Position numbers and translations under genes: made by a program. A stretch of DNA of 62,380 nt, filler included, from Choristocarpus tenellus KU-1152 (Eukaryota > Protista > Phaeophyceae), in assembly GCA_964200185.2 (NCBI GenBank). It is 8 parts of 8 records of this genome, joined end to end, with 100 filler letters (N's around TTAATTAATTAA, not from the genome) between each part and the next. Parts side by side here need not be neighbours in the genome. Positions count along the whole stretch, not along the records: positions 21,181 to 27,360 come from CAXNAD020008747.1; positions 27,461 to 31,034 come from CAXNAD020019171.1; positions 31,135 to 40,203 come from CAXNAD020004025.1; 5 more parts are not named here. One strand, given 5' to 3'. Under the pieces are notes generated by a model that ran no database searches, was not told where the DNA came from, and saw only the letters and a program-made list of their open reading frames with translations. Below, piece by piece: positions 24,706 through 36,769 of this stretch (position 1 is its first letter; the number at the start of each line of letters is the position of its first letter).

Positions 24706-27360
24706 ATGGCGAATGAGCCGGGGCATGTTCGTGAGTGATAATATATGGCGCAACCTTCCCTCTTCGTAGTGCGCTTGGCTGGAGAATCGAGGTTGTAGGA
24801 AATAAATTTTATGTTGCCGGTGAAAAGAATGTCTTTCCCGTCTCCAATGAAGTGTACACCACTCTTAAGTGCAGGTTTTTTATCCTACCTTGATCGCCCC
24901 TCCCTTTATTCAGATATTGGCAACCTTCACCCCAGGGTGACCATCGCCGATCTGGAGCCGCTGCTGATCAAGCATGGCGTCATTACCAACCTTTGGGTGG
25001 CGAAGAACCCTCCAGGTATCCACCTTGGCGATCTCCTCCACCACCGTCACCACCACCTCTTCGTCACCACCAGGGCTTACTGTGGGAGGAGACTACCGTA
25101 TCTTCATCTCCCCCCTCCCCTACAACATTCTACTGTGCAAATGGGAATTCCGTCGCTAGAGCAGCCACATTGGACCTCGATCGACTTCGACAATCTACCT
25201 TGCCTGTGATCAACAATCAACCCGCATTGGCGCCATCGACCCGGTCGCCTCCGTCTTCCCAACTTTCACCACCACCCGTCGTGGACGAGCTGCCCCTCAC
25301 TTTCAGTCGCTACACTAATACAGTAAGCCCAAACCAAGGCGGCTTGAGGCGTATTCCACTCAGCCTTAGACGTCGCCGTCACCTTCGAGGAATACTAATA
25401 TTGCGAATGCAATCGAGGCAAAGTCAATGCGTTCTCGGAATTAAAGCGGTTTTGCTAGGTAGAATATGCTCAGGTTGCTTTCCTTGAAAGCAAGTGCTCC
25501 CTGTCCTTCGCGTTTGTACACCACCCTCTTGTAGCTCTTTCTCGGACTGAATGCTCCTACTGCAAATGTGACTAAGTCAGAGCCGATACGTTCCTCGCAA
25601 ATAGTTACTTGCCAAGTACCTATAGTTTCAAGCTCCTTCCTTCCGAAGCAGATTCTGCTGGGTCTCCACCTTTGTACTACTTATTCTCATGGTGCTTTTT
25701 CTTCCCCTCCCCGTCCCCCCATCTCTCTGTGACACCTGTTATGGGGATGTGGAAGGTTTCGCGTTTTGTGACTACCAATCGAGAGAGATGGCTGACAGAG
25801 CCGTAAAAATGCTTGACGGCCACAAGATGGAGAACCTTGAACTCACAGTGGAAATAGCACGCAGGTATGGCTACACCCCTTATGGTCCCTTCCTCTTCTT
25901 TGTTTTCTTGTTGTAGAATGGCCTGCACAAATCATTCCCTTGGTTTCGCGCGCTCTTGTCCTCACCCACCAAAATTGTCCCCCTTTTTTTGCAGATGTTT
26001 TCTCCCATGATTGCTTGCTTTTGTTTGCCAATCACTTTGCGTCCATTCTATCGTATTTCACGGTATAGAAGGAGGCCTTGACAAAAAGTTAAATCCCTTC
26101 AAGTATATATGTGTTGGCTCATTCTAATCTCATGCCATGTAGTCCTTTGTTTAGTTACGCAAATAAGTATTTTTGTCGAGGAACGTCTGATGTCATCACC
26201 TGAATACAACATTGCATAAATAGAGATAAGGGATGTGTCTTGCCATCTGAGTAACAGATTGCAATATGATGCAGCTGATATGATACAAACAGTTTTTCTT
26301 CAATTGAATAGACTCGAATCCTAATAAAATTCTGTTTGCAGTATTGATGCATCATTTCATGGAACCCCTGACCTCTAGTTTGTTGATATTGTCTTCAGGA
26401 GGTGATGTGTTGATTGCCTTGGTACCTCTAAAATTCAGATGCTATTAATCTTGTCGAGGCAATAAGATGGTAGTGTTATATTGCTTCTACACAAATATTG
26501 AACTCAACATTATTGAAATGTAACCCTGGGTTGTGTAAGATATTGCAAGGTTGCACCATTAGCTTGTTTGTGCTAGATGGTTATCATTCACTTTTTCTTT
26601 CATTCAAGTAAATCAGAAGCGATATGAATAACTTTCTCGTCAATGGCTCCCTGATCCCACTTTAAAAAGTAGATGCATCCAAGCATTTACTGCCTTTTTT
26701 AACAGGTTGATTTTAGAGTTATTGTTCTTACTATTCCTGCAGTATAAATGTCAAAACTCATCTTTTCCTGGAAAGGTCTTTGCAGATGAACTGGAGTTTA
26801 AATATATGTTTTCTCCACTAAAATATTCCGCAGGTCATTCAAAACAACTGCTCAAAGCATTGTAATCAAGAAAAGCCTAAGTCTCTTTCTTTCTACTGGT
26901 TCACTTAGAATCTGACACAATACAAAGACTGCTCTAGGATACATCTAACAATTTTTAGGGCGGGGGTTATCAACTCAGTTATACGTGTCACACAACACTC
27001 ACTGCATTGTAGATCATGGTTTGTCTTGTATCATAGATTTGTTCGATTCCCCACTATATTACCCCCCTTGACTTCCCTCCACTGCAGACCAAAGGGGAGA
27101 CCCCACGCTAGGGGGGGGCGAGGTTTTGGACCAGCACGAGGGGGATGGAGTGGTGGCAGGGACAGGGGAAGGGACTACAGCAGCAGGGACAGGGGAAGGG
27201 AGTTTGTTGACAGTCGCGACAGAGGCAAGGACCTTATGGACAGGAGCAGAGATAGGGACAGGGACAGGCGAGAACGAAGTCATAGCCGCGGTTGGGGTGG
27301 AGGTGGAGGTAATGGTATTGAGCGTTGCTATAGAGGGGGTGGGCGTGCAGGTGGCTACAG
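24706..27360 (+). CDS. SR-family splicing factor (single RRM plus RGG/RD/RS tail), SRSF3/SRSF7-like; truncated at contig end
   Basis: Exons 24706-24730, 24914-25015, 25756-25864 and 27088 onward. Translation: MANEPGHVHIGNLHPRVTIADLEPLLIKHGVITNLWVAKNPPGFAFCDYQSREMADRAVKMLDG...LTVEIARR|PKG..RGGRGFG..RDRGRD..RERSHSR. WVAxNPPGFAF is typical of SRp20/9G8/RSZ proteins. Confidence 0.92.
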
Positions 27361-27460
27361 NNNNNNNNNNNNNNNNNNNNNNNNNNNNNNNNNNNNNNNN
27401 NNNNTTAATTAATTAANNNNNNNNNNNNNNNNNNNNNNNNNNNNNNNNNNNNNNNNNNNN
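27361..27460. other. Artificial contig spacer
   Basis: Same linker. Confidence 0.99.
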
Positions 27461-27526
27461 CCCGGTGATTCTCTTCGCCACCCTTGCCTGAGTGAACCAC
27501 GCCGCCACAGAATCACACGATTCACA
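27461..27526 (-). repeat. LTR-like dispersed repeat (truncated), just 3' of gypsy pol
   Basis: Its reverse complement TGTGAATCGTGTGATTCTGTGGCGGCGTGGTTCACTCAGGCAAGGGTGGCGAAGAGAATCACC matches the copies at 40029 and 53877. Confidence 0.8.
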
Positions 27527-27584
27527 CAGACAAGTATATATATATTACTTCCAGCATAAAATCCAATCAAGGATGGAAACTTTT

Positions 27585-30500
27585 TCATGGATCAGAGTTG
27601 ATATCAACCAAAGGTTTTGAGTTGGAATTAGGTGTATCCAGACAATTTTGTTGCCTGTAGGCAGCAATCATTTCTGCACATTGTTGAAAATCACGTGGAC
27701 GATAGAATATATCAGAAGCACGGTCATAGCCCTTAAGGCGTAATCTATATTCTATGTTCATAGGCGAACGAGGTCCACAGCCAAACATGTGTCCCACAAT
27801 AGCTTCAATAATGTAAGGACCAATAGTTACTGGGGATTCTAAATAATCAAGATCCGGTAAGGGCAAAGTTCGACCAAGAAAAAATTAATTGAGTTTCATG
27901 AAATCAGGTTCAGGTGGTTGTGTGTTTGGAATGTAAGGTTTCAAGTGGGCTATATGAACAGAAATATATTTGATATCACCTTGTTTTGCAGACAAAGTAA
28001 ACTACAGGGGAAATCTTGGCAGTCACTGTGAAAGGTCCACGCCAAGGATGAATCAATTTTGGATTAGGTCCGTCTCGGTCAGTATGTGGACAGTGCACCA
28101 AAACTTGAGCTCCAACTTGAAACACAGGGAAAACAAGAGCTTCATTGCTAGCAGTTTTTTTGCAATTCCGTTCTCCCAGATTGCGACGGGCTAATTCAAA
28201 AGCTAACTGTAAATTCTCAAGCTGTTGATTGAGTAAACTCTTGACTAGGTTGTGCACAACGGCTGTTTTAGATAGACCAAAAATGACATTTATCGGTAAA
28301 ATTGGCCGGCGTCCAAAAAGCAGGGGAAAAGGTGTTTCTTTTGTTATGTGGTATTGTATGCCGTATTCTGAGCCATTTGAAGGAATGGAACAGCAATTGC
28401 CCAATTATTCTCTGCTATGTTACTGTACATTGATAACATTTGATGCAGAGTAGAATGAAGACGCTCTAAAACAGAGTTACCCTGTAGGGTGTGTTACGAG
28501 TTTTATGATACCCAAACACTGTCTGCAATTCCAGAACAATTTTATTTTCAAATTCCGAACATTGGTCAGAGCAAAGGATTTCGGGGGCTCCAAATATTGA
28601 AAATATCATTTCGAACAAAACTTTGGCAATGGTCACTTCTTGTTTGTCTGGAATGGGAACGAGAAACGCAAAGCGTGTCAACTGACAAATAGCCGAAAGA
28701 ACATAACAGCGACCATGGGAAATGGTTTTATATTGTACAAGATCAACAGCAATCCGTTGGAATGGTCGAGGGGCAGGAATTTGTCCTTGTGGCAATGTAG
28801 GACGTCTGTGAGAAGTTTTTCGTCTATGGCAAAGTTGACATCTCTCACACCATTCTCTAACATATTTTTGAAACATGGGCCACCAATGCCGGTCTCGTAC
28901 CTTGTCAAGAGTATGAGAAAGACCGAAGTGACCTCCCGAAACGGGATGATCATGACAAGCATGTAAAACCAAAGATTGCAATTCTTTTGGAACCACTAAT
29001 TGACCACGAAAAGCCCGGTGTTTCCGTATATGCCCTGGAAAATATGATTGGCAAAGCAAGTTAGTGTCAGCATCAACATTAAAATATAACATGCTATACC
29101 TCGATTCACGGGGAGGTACAGACACTGAATCAGGGGCTTGTAAATACGCAAACTAAAGCGAAAATTAGCTCATTTGTGCGTCACGAATTTTGGTGTCGTC
29201 CAAAGTTGGAAATATGTTCACTGAACTACTAATAGGTTCACGGTCACTCTGAATTATATCTAATTCCTCAAGGCGATCTGGATATTATTTCGTATGCTTG
29301 ACGTGGGGTTACCGCACTTGGCATTGTTTTTTCTGGAATATTCCTGCAAATAGGAGCAAGTACTTTCGGCATACGATCCATCTCAATATCAAAGAGGCGA
29401 GAAAGGGCATCAGGTACATTGTCTCTGTCTGGTTTATGATGGACTGTAAGGTCAAAACATTGAAGAGCAAGAGCCCAACGTGTCAACATATTATCTGTTT
29501 CTTGCATGTAATAAAGATATCTGAGTGCCGCATGGTCAGTGAATAAATCAAAATGTCGACCCTAAAGATATGGACAGCAATTGTTAATGGCATGGACTAC
29601 TGCAAAACATTATTTATATGTGGCTGAATAATTTCGTTGTGCTCCATCAAATTTCTTGCTAAAGTAAGCCACGATATGAAGTGATGTGTTCGTTGGATCA
29701 TCTGACGCTTTTTGAGCAAGAAAACCACCACTGCCCAAATTGGAAGCATCCACATGTACCACAAAATATTTAGAGAAATCAGGATAGTGTAAGGGGCGAC
29801 GATGTTAATGCCGTTTTAATTTTTTTCAATGCGGTATCGTAACCTGATGTCCATGCTTTCCCAATTTCACCAGAAGGACGTGCTACGAACTATTTCCGTG
29901 TGAATTTTTGAAGGGGTTCTGTCAGGTCTGTATAATGTGGGATGAACTTTCGACAAAAATTGCACTTGCCAAGGATAGAATTAATGTCTTTTATTGTTCG
30001 AGGAGTGGGTAGGTCAACAATAGCTTGAATTCGAGCTTTTCCAAGACGTACCCCTGCACTAGAGACAATATGACCACGGTATTCAACTTCTGCTGGACCA
30101 AACTTCAATTTAGAAGGTTTTAAAGTAAGGCCAGCATTTTGAAGGGCCATAAAAAGCTTTTCAAGCAAAGTTATATGATGGTCCCAAGTGGCAGAACAAA
30201 GAATGAGATCATCCATGTAACATAGCAGACTTGACCCCGTGCCAAAATCAGATAGAGCTTGAGCCGTCATGCGTCGAAAAATAAAAGGAGCATTGCTCAA
30301 ACCAAAAGGAAGTCGTTTCTATAAAACTTGCCTTTATGGGTGACAAAAGCAGTCTTGTCAATGTCTGCTTCAGCCACAGGAATTTGATGATATGCTGATT
30401 GAACATCTGCAACAGAAAGAAATTTTGCTGTGCACCAATGGAATCAAGATGTTCTTCAGCTAAAGGCATGGGCCAAGAACTTGTAGTTAGGTGTTTATTT

Positions 30501-30992
30501 ATGGCCCGCTGATAATTAATGCAGAATCTTGGGTTCCCATCTGCTTTAGCGACGATAGTAACAGGGGAACCCCATGGGCTAGACCGAGCTTCAATTAATC
30601 CTTGGTTTTGTAAATCTTCAACATATTTATCAATAATACCTCTAACATGTGGATTGGTTCGATTATGGTGCTCGACTAATAGGTCTGGTACCTGGTTCGA
30701 GAGGAAAATCGGCTTCAGCAATTTTGCAAATTCCCAATTCAGAGGTGTCGAGGGAAAATACTGAACGAAATTTGGCACAAAGATTCGGTGTTTCTTGTAT
30801 TTGAGGTGGGGAGAAAGTAGTGTTGGCAAAAGCAGGTTTAAACGCATTATCAAGACGCGTTCGTTTAGACCCAGATAGAGATAATGCAGAGATAGTGCAA
30901 GAATGTTTGGTATTGACTATGTTTGCAGGGTAGATGTGACCAAATAGAGTGTTCTTTGGTAAATGAACTGCTTGTGAGGACATAATTAGCAA
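27585..30992 (-). mobile_element. Ty3/gypsy LTR retrotransposon pol (RT - RNase H - integrase - chromodomain), frameshifted and decayed
   Basis: SSPWGSPVTIVAKADGNPRFCINY; YMDD at about 30208-30219; RNase H HVDAS and RWALALQCFDLTVHHKP; integrase HDHPVSGGHFG..CERCQLC, PFQRIAVD, SDQCSEFEN; WRGPF; chromodomain YIIEAIVGH..EYRLRLKGY. The domain order is gypsy-type and the ORF is broken into about 8 pieces. Confidence 0.95.
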
Positions 30993-30993
30993 T

Positions 30994-31034
30994 GAGCCAA
31001 AGTATCTTAGAAGGTAGAGCCACGTCCATTTGGG
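30994..31034 (+). mobile_element. MITE family A start, interrupting the gypsy pol and truncated by contig end
   Basis: GAGCCAAAGTATCTTAGAAGGTAGAGCCACGTCCATTTGGG. Confidence 0.85.
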
Positions 31035-31134
31035 NNNNNNNNNNNNNNNNNNNNNNNNNNNNNNNNNNNNNNNNNNNNTTAATTAATTAANNNNNNNNNN
31101 NNNNNNNNNNNNNNNNNNNNNNNNNNNNNNNNNN
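31035..31134. other. Artificial contig spacer
   Basis: Same linker. Confidence 0.99.
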
Positions 31135-32089
31135 TTTATATACACATATGTATATAGTTTTCATTGCTTTCCCCCTGACACATCTGCAAAATGTCACAGG
31201 GCATAATAATTAAATATACTTCTACGATATGAAAACTATTCAGATCTGTGATACGTTATCTTACCAACTCACTAATGACTATCTAACCCTAAAAATACGT
31301 TTAGGATATGTAGGAGGAGAAGATTCATTTCTGATTTCCTCATCATGTGTGACGTGTGCTAACCTAACCATAATATATCCCGAAAAATGAAATTTGAAAT
31401 ACTGTCAACATAAACCTATTTTATTATTTTTGTTGATATTTATAGTGAGTCACTATTTGAGGTGTGGAATAGATTGTTCTTGTTTATTTCCTAGACCTGT
31501 ACAACAGGTCTACATACTAATATCCCATGCCTGTCTTCATCCATTTTGGTATAAAGAGGTTGAGTTGGTTGCGAATTTAAAGAAAAAAAGGTACCCGAAT
31601 ATTTTGTTTAAATTTTTTGACTGATAGAACATAATCAATATAAATCTCTCCGGAATCTTCTGTTCCAAACAAAAACAAATGTTATGCAGGTCAAATAGAC
31701 ACAGCTGTGACAAGAAGGCTGACATCATCATCAATTTTTATTATTAACACCGAACAGCCGAATATTTCTTGACTGATCGGGACTTCATAAAGGTTCCGGA
31801 GCAACTGTGCCAACCCAAAGGTCGAAAATTGTTCATCCCTACCCAATTATCCAATCGGTAAAATGGCTCCAAGATTGTCCAGATGGTTTTCAGAAATTGT
31901 GAGACGTGACTAGGAAAGAACGAACAGGGAGAATTGTTGGTTCATTTTTGTTGTAGGCGTTTCTTTATTTTCGTCCACCACCCCCCTGTCTGATATGATT
32001 GTTGACTTCTGTTTTAGCTGTGTGTGGGAGACCCCAAGTGCCCCCTAGCATTTTTCCTGATCATCTTGGTCGACAGTAGGGTCGAATTC

Positions 32090-33677
32090 ATGACTGCTGC
32101 CCACCAGGGTGGTGATAATTCCGACAAAGTTGTGGGACTAAGTGTAGATATTCCGAAAGCTTTTCTGATCGACATGGACAGGGTGGGGCCAGCTGCGAAG
32201 CGTCTTTGTGCATTGGACACTGCACTCCCTTGGGATGAAAAGAGAGGATATGTGGAGGACGCAAGAGATGTCGTTAGTCCTCCGGTTCAAGTACAGGCAC
32301 CGTCGTGGTCAATTGCTCATCCAGAAGTTTGCACAGTGGCCAAGTCAACCCCCATGGAAAACCTAGCAAACGGGTTGTCTTCTGTGCGGTCTTGCCTGAG
32401 GAAGGAAACTCCACCCTCGGTAGAGAAATCTAGCCAATTTTCAATGGAATTATCAATCTCAACGAGGAGGGTACATTTCTCCTCTGAACTCTCGACGGTT
32501 GTTGGAATTGCGGATGCCAACTATGATAGGAGAAGCATAGTAGTTGATCTCAGCAAGACACCCTTTGCCCTCTTCCATAAAGATGCTGTCCTCATGCGCA
32601 AGCCGCGGTTTACGACTGTGCCAACATCATGTGAAGGATCATCTGCTGAGAGACCACCTGATGATACAGTCTCAAGTCGCGTTTCCAGGGAGTCAGACTC
32701 GTATGATACAGATGCATCTGGGGCAACATCAGACGCCGACAGTTCCTCAGATGAGGATGAAGGTCCAAATTCGAATACTGTGGGCTTTTACGGGGTCTGG
32801 AAACGTGTCTCATCTGAGGGGTATGAGGCTCTGCTCAAGTTCTCAGGCGTGCCTAAACGAGCAGCGAAAATTGCAGTGCGGAAACACCCAATTCACATAA
32901 TCGATCATGACGGGTTGTACTTCCGCCTGATCGTAAAGAACGGACTATCGAAAGTGGACAACACCTTTTTCATCGGCGATGAACCGCGTGAGGTACGCTG
33001 GCAATTTGTTTGAATGCGTTTTGCTGAATTCTAGGTTTAACATCAACATCCAATCAAGTTCCTTTTCTCTTCTTCAATGAGTGCTTTTTCCCCATCTTAC
33101 CTCCTCCCTCCCGACTGCTCCCTCTCACTCATGCACTCCTTGCGCACTACAGGACGTTGTCAATGGTGCGGTCCATGAGGTAACCCTCCGTTGGGGTGAC
33201 CTAGATGGTGACGGCAATTGCGAGTCCTTGGTCCTCACCAGCGTTTGCCGTAGCAAGGGGGTAGAGGTGATCGCGATTCGAACTATTGAGGATGGTGGGG
33301 ACCGACTTGTCTTGACCCAGATAATGCGACGTCCTGCCGAGAAACTTGAGATCATGGCAAAACACATCTTCCATAGGGTAAAAGATCGCAGAGAGCTCAA
33401 GGCCTCTTCCAACGTTCCAGAGGAGGGGGTTAGATCATCACCGTCATCCCTGCATAGATCCTCCTCGCGGTTGAGGACCACAAACCCACAGGGACCAATT
33501 TCGTGCTCTCCATCCTGTTCTCCATCAGGAGCTTGTGTGCTTAAGCCAAAGCTGAACCCCTCAATATTGTCACTGAAATCACCTTGTCCGCCTCCTGCGG
33601 CAGATGCTTCAGACATTGTGGATAATTCAACTCCTGTGTGCTCTCCCTCCATTTCTGCTGTTGGGAGTGTACACTAG
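32090..33677 (+). CDS. Protein of about 475 aa with a PP1-docking-like segment and a C-terminal FABP/lipocalin-like domain
   Basis: Exons 32090-32992 and 33153-33677 (GT-AG, phase 0). FABP-like: FYGVWKRVSSEGYEALLKFSGV...HPIHIIDHDGLYFRLIVKNGLSKVDNTFFIGDEPRE|DVVNG...AIRTIEDGGDRLVLTQIM...AKHIFHRV. Upstream: RSCLRK ... RRVHF ... YDRR. An extra 5' exon cannot be excluded. Confidence 0.85.
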
Positions 33678-36600
33678 ATGAGGTTTGAATGAAGACCTTT
33701 TCGCCACCTTTTTTTAAGCTGGCAATCACCTGTCTGCGCAACTCATTGCAAATTGGATGAGTTTGAAAACATGATGTGGCATGGTTGGTGTTTTCAGAGA
33801 CCTACTTTTTATTTGTCAAAGTCGTATATTACAATTTTGGTTTCTGATGAAGAGATATTGGATTGTTACGAGCTCTGTACTTGATTTCAATGCTATTACT
33901 GACTGTCTTTAGTAGTGGTGGGGTTTTTGTTGAACAAGTGTCCAGTTTGTAAGGAGGAGAGGTATCAGGGCCTTATTTTTTTCTCCAATTTTTCTAGTGC
34001 CGATTGATAGAGTATACCTATTGGTGATAGATTTGGATTTTGAGAAGGAAGAAAGGGGGACAGGAGTTGTTGACTTTGAAGGCGGGCGCATTCTGGAGGT
34101 GTAATCGTCTCAAGTCACACCCTGAAAGCCTTTCAGACTTCACTATATTTTGTACATTGCATGTTGTGGTTTGTACGAATTACTTTGTTACTGCTTTGTG
34201 TCAGTTCTGGCAATGTGCTATCCCTGCACACATTTGCTTGGGTGAATAGTGTTCATGTGTAGGTTGAGGATAATGTGTAGGGAAATTGAGCGATGTGGAG
34301 ACGATATATGCTGTTTGAAAGTTTGTTCCGCTGGCCCTTGGGTCTGGTCAGGTATCTCTTGACTTCGTTGTGAATTCATTTTGGTGGCAATCTACTTTTA
34401 ATGAAATACCTTGTTTTGTCTTGTTCAAATATATCAAGGGTAATGTTTCTTAGACACACCTGTACCAGGAACTTGTGTTACTCCAGGAGTATAGATTCCG
34501 GAAACACTTCATCCCTTTCACTGCTTCCCTCATGGAGTGTGGCCAAAATATACTGCTGTCTTCATGATCTCTTACCCAATATCTCCAATTACCTCTTTAC
34601 CGCTTGATCAACATCCCCTCAGCAGGGCGTTTCTTGTTTTGTTGTGAAAAATCCATTTTTTCTACAACATGTGTGAGGAGAAACATGGGATGCTGTTTTT
34701 CAATGTGTCCTGGAAAGTCACCAGATATGCACACCACCATGTACCCGCGCAGGTCCCCTTACAAGTGTCCTAGTATAGTAGCTCTGTTATTGGGCAGTAA
34801 TCCCTACATTAAATTCATGGATTCAAAACCCCTGTCAATAATGAAAAGTACACGTAGCAAGCACTATGGATTGTACACATTTTTTCTATTATGTCACTAT
34901 ACACTACAAAAACATGGGAAGCCCCAAAATTAGGGGACAGGTTCATTGTGGAGTGACCATGAGTTTGCTCCAGTGCAAGATTCAAGGAACAAAAGGGGAC
35001 TGAGACAAGGTAGGGGTGGGATAGCTCACCCCATTGCACAGGAAGCAACATATGAACAGAGGCAGTGCAGTTAGTCATGATGCAACAGCATTTGTTACAG
35101 GGAGTATAATGTGAAGTAGTTGCAGCGTGTATTGCCTCTGACAATAGGTCGGGATACTGCCCAGACTGGAGAGATATTATTTTCTTCTAGAAAACATGAG
35201 ATATTAAGTGCAACAGGACCAGGATAAACATTGGCGGGTCGCAACACACAAGGCATACATCGGGTGGAACAATCAGTCAGCACACAACCCTTTGCAACCC
35301 ACATGACATGGGCAAAGGGCAAAGATGCCAGCGCCAGAGTTTTGTCTAACTTGACATTTCTCCAACTATGTCCGACAGGTATCACAATGCCATTATGGAC
35401 AAGAATACTAGCTTCCAGTCATCATCATTTACAACACACCTGCCCAACCCCCAACATCCCCCCCAGTCTGAGCCAAGGCCCTATTTTGTTTAAGATGCAA
35501 TCAGAGTGAGTGCATACTGCTCACCCCCGAAAAAAATTATCACTCCCTTTCCTTTCACCTGTACCAGATAGGTGTAGAGAGTCCTTTCAAAACAAAACAA
35601 TAGACACATGCCACTGGTCTTGTGCACCAGAAAAACTATGTGCAGGCGTACACAATCAGGTCACTATCTACCTTTGTTCTCATGTGAGGAAAGTTGATCA
35701 ATCACCCACATCCACTCCATATCCTTTCCTGTGTTGCTCAATCCAACTGTGCCTTTCAGCCTAACTTATCAAAGCCCCATGAAGGGAATCAACTCCTACT
35801 TACATGCTGCCCAGCTGGCACTACTGCACTGCCACCAGGATCTCACCTGAGTACAACTCCCTTACTCTCATTCGACACCTTCAAACCTCCTCTTAAAAGA
35901 CCCTGTCCAAATGTCCAGATGTATAGCCCCAGTGCCAGCATCGCTACCCCTACATCTCCTTCTACTCAGTGACAGGGGCAAATGTCACCAAACTTCATCC
36001 ACTCCATCTCCTCTGTCCAAACTTGCTTCCAGCAATGACTGCTTTCCTATAGCTCCAATTTACCCAATCCTAACCTCCCACACATTGGGATTGCGCACAA
36101 TGTGGAACCTCCACACCCCAGAGGCTGCTTGCTGAAGGACTTTTTTCACTGAGCTTTCTCAATTGTGCTTTGAGTCCTTGCTTCCTGTGTTTGTTTGCCA
36201 TCATCTATGGTGCAAGCGGGACCCCTCAAAGCACAGTACAACGCATTTTGTGTGTTAACAAAACCTAAAACAGACAGTACTTTCAGCCACAGCACTCCAT
36301 CGCCTCCCTGAGACACCAAGCCTTGAAGCCATTTACCCATACACAGTGTGCAGTTGAGCTACACTCCATACACCCTTCTCTTCCCTCTCCTCCATGCCTC
36401 TGGGGAACAGAAACCATACATCTGGTCCTTGATTTAGGTTTGTGTGGCCTGTTAGGGTAGCACCTCCTATTCTCTAAACCTATACAAGTGAGAAACACTG
36501 AAGGTTTTGGACAAACAATCTAATATGAAAACTTTGGACGTTCCGTGGTCATGTCCTGCACCAACTCATGCCCTTTTCCACACATAACAAATGACATACT

Positions 36601-36769
36601 TACAACGCCCATCAAACACATCTACATACAATTATGATTCAAGCTGCAACAGGAGATCTGGACAGAGACGATTATATATCATAATGCTCTTTGAAGTACA
36701 TCATGCTTTCATGCCCACAATTTCATATGGTAGAGTGTCAAACTTTGTTGGCATTCCTTACCCCTGGTT

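Noticed and set aside
34400-36500. Possible decayed retroelement
   Set aside because: The composition suggests an old repeat, but no diagnostic motif could be read in any frame.
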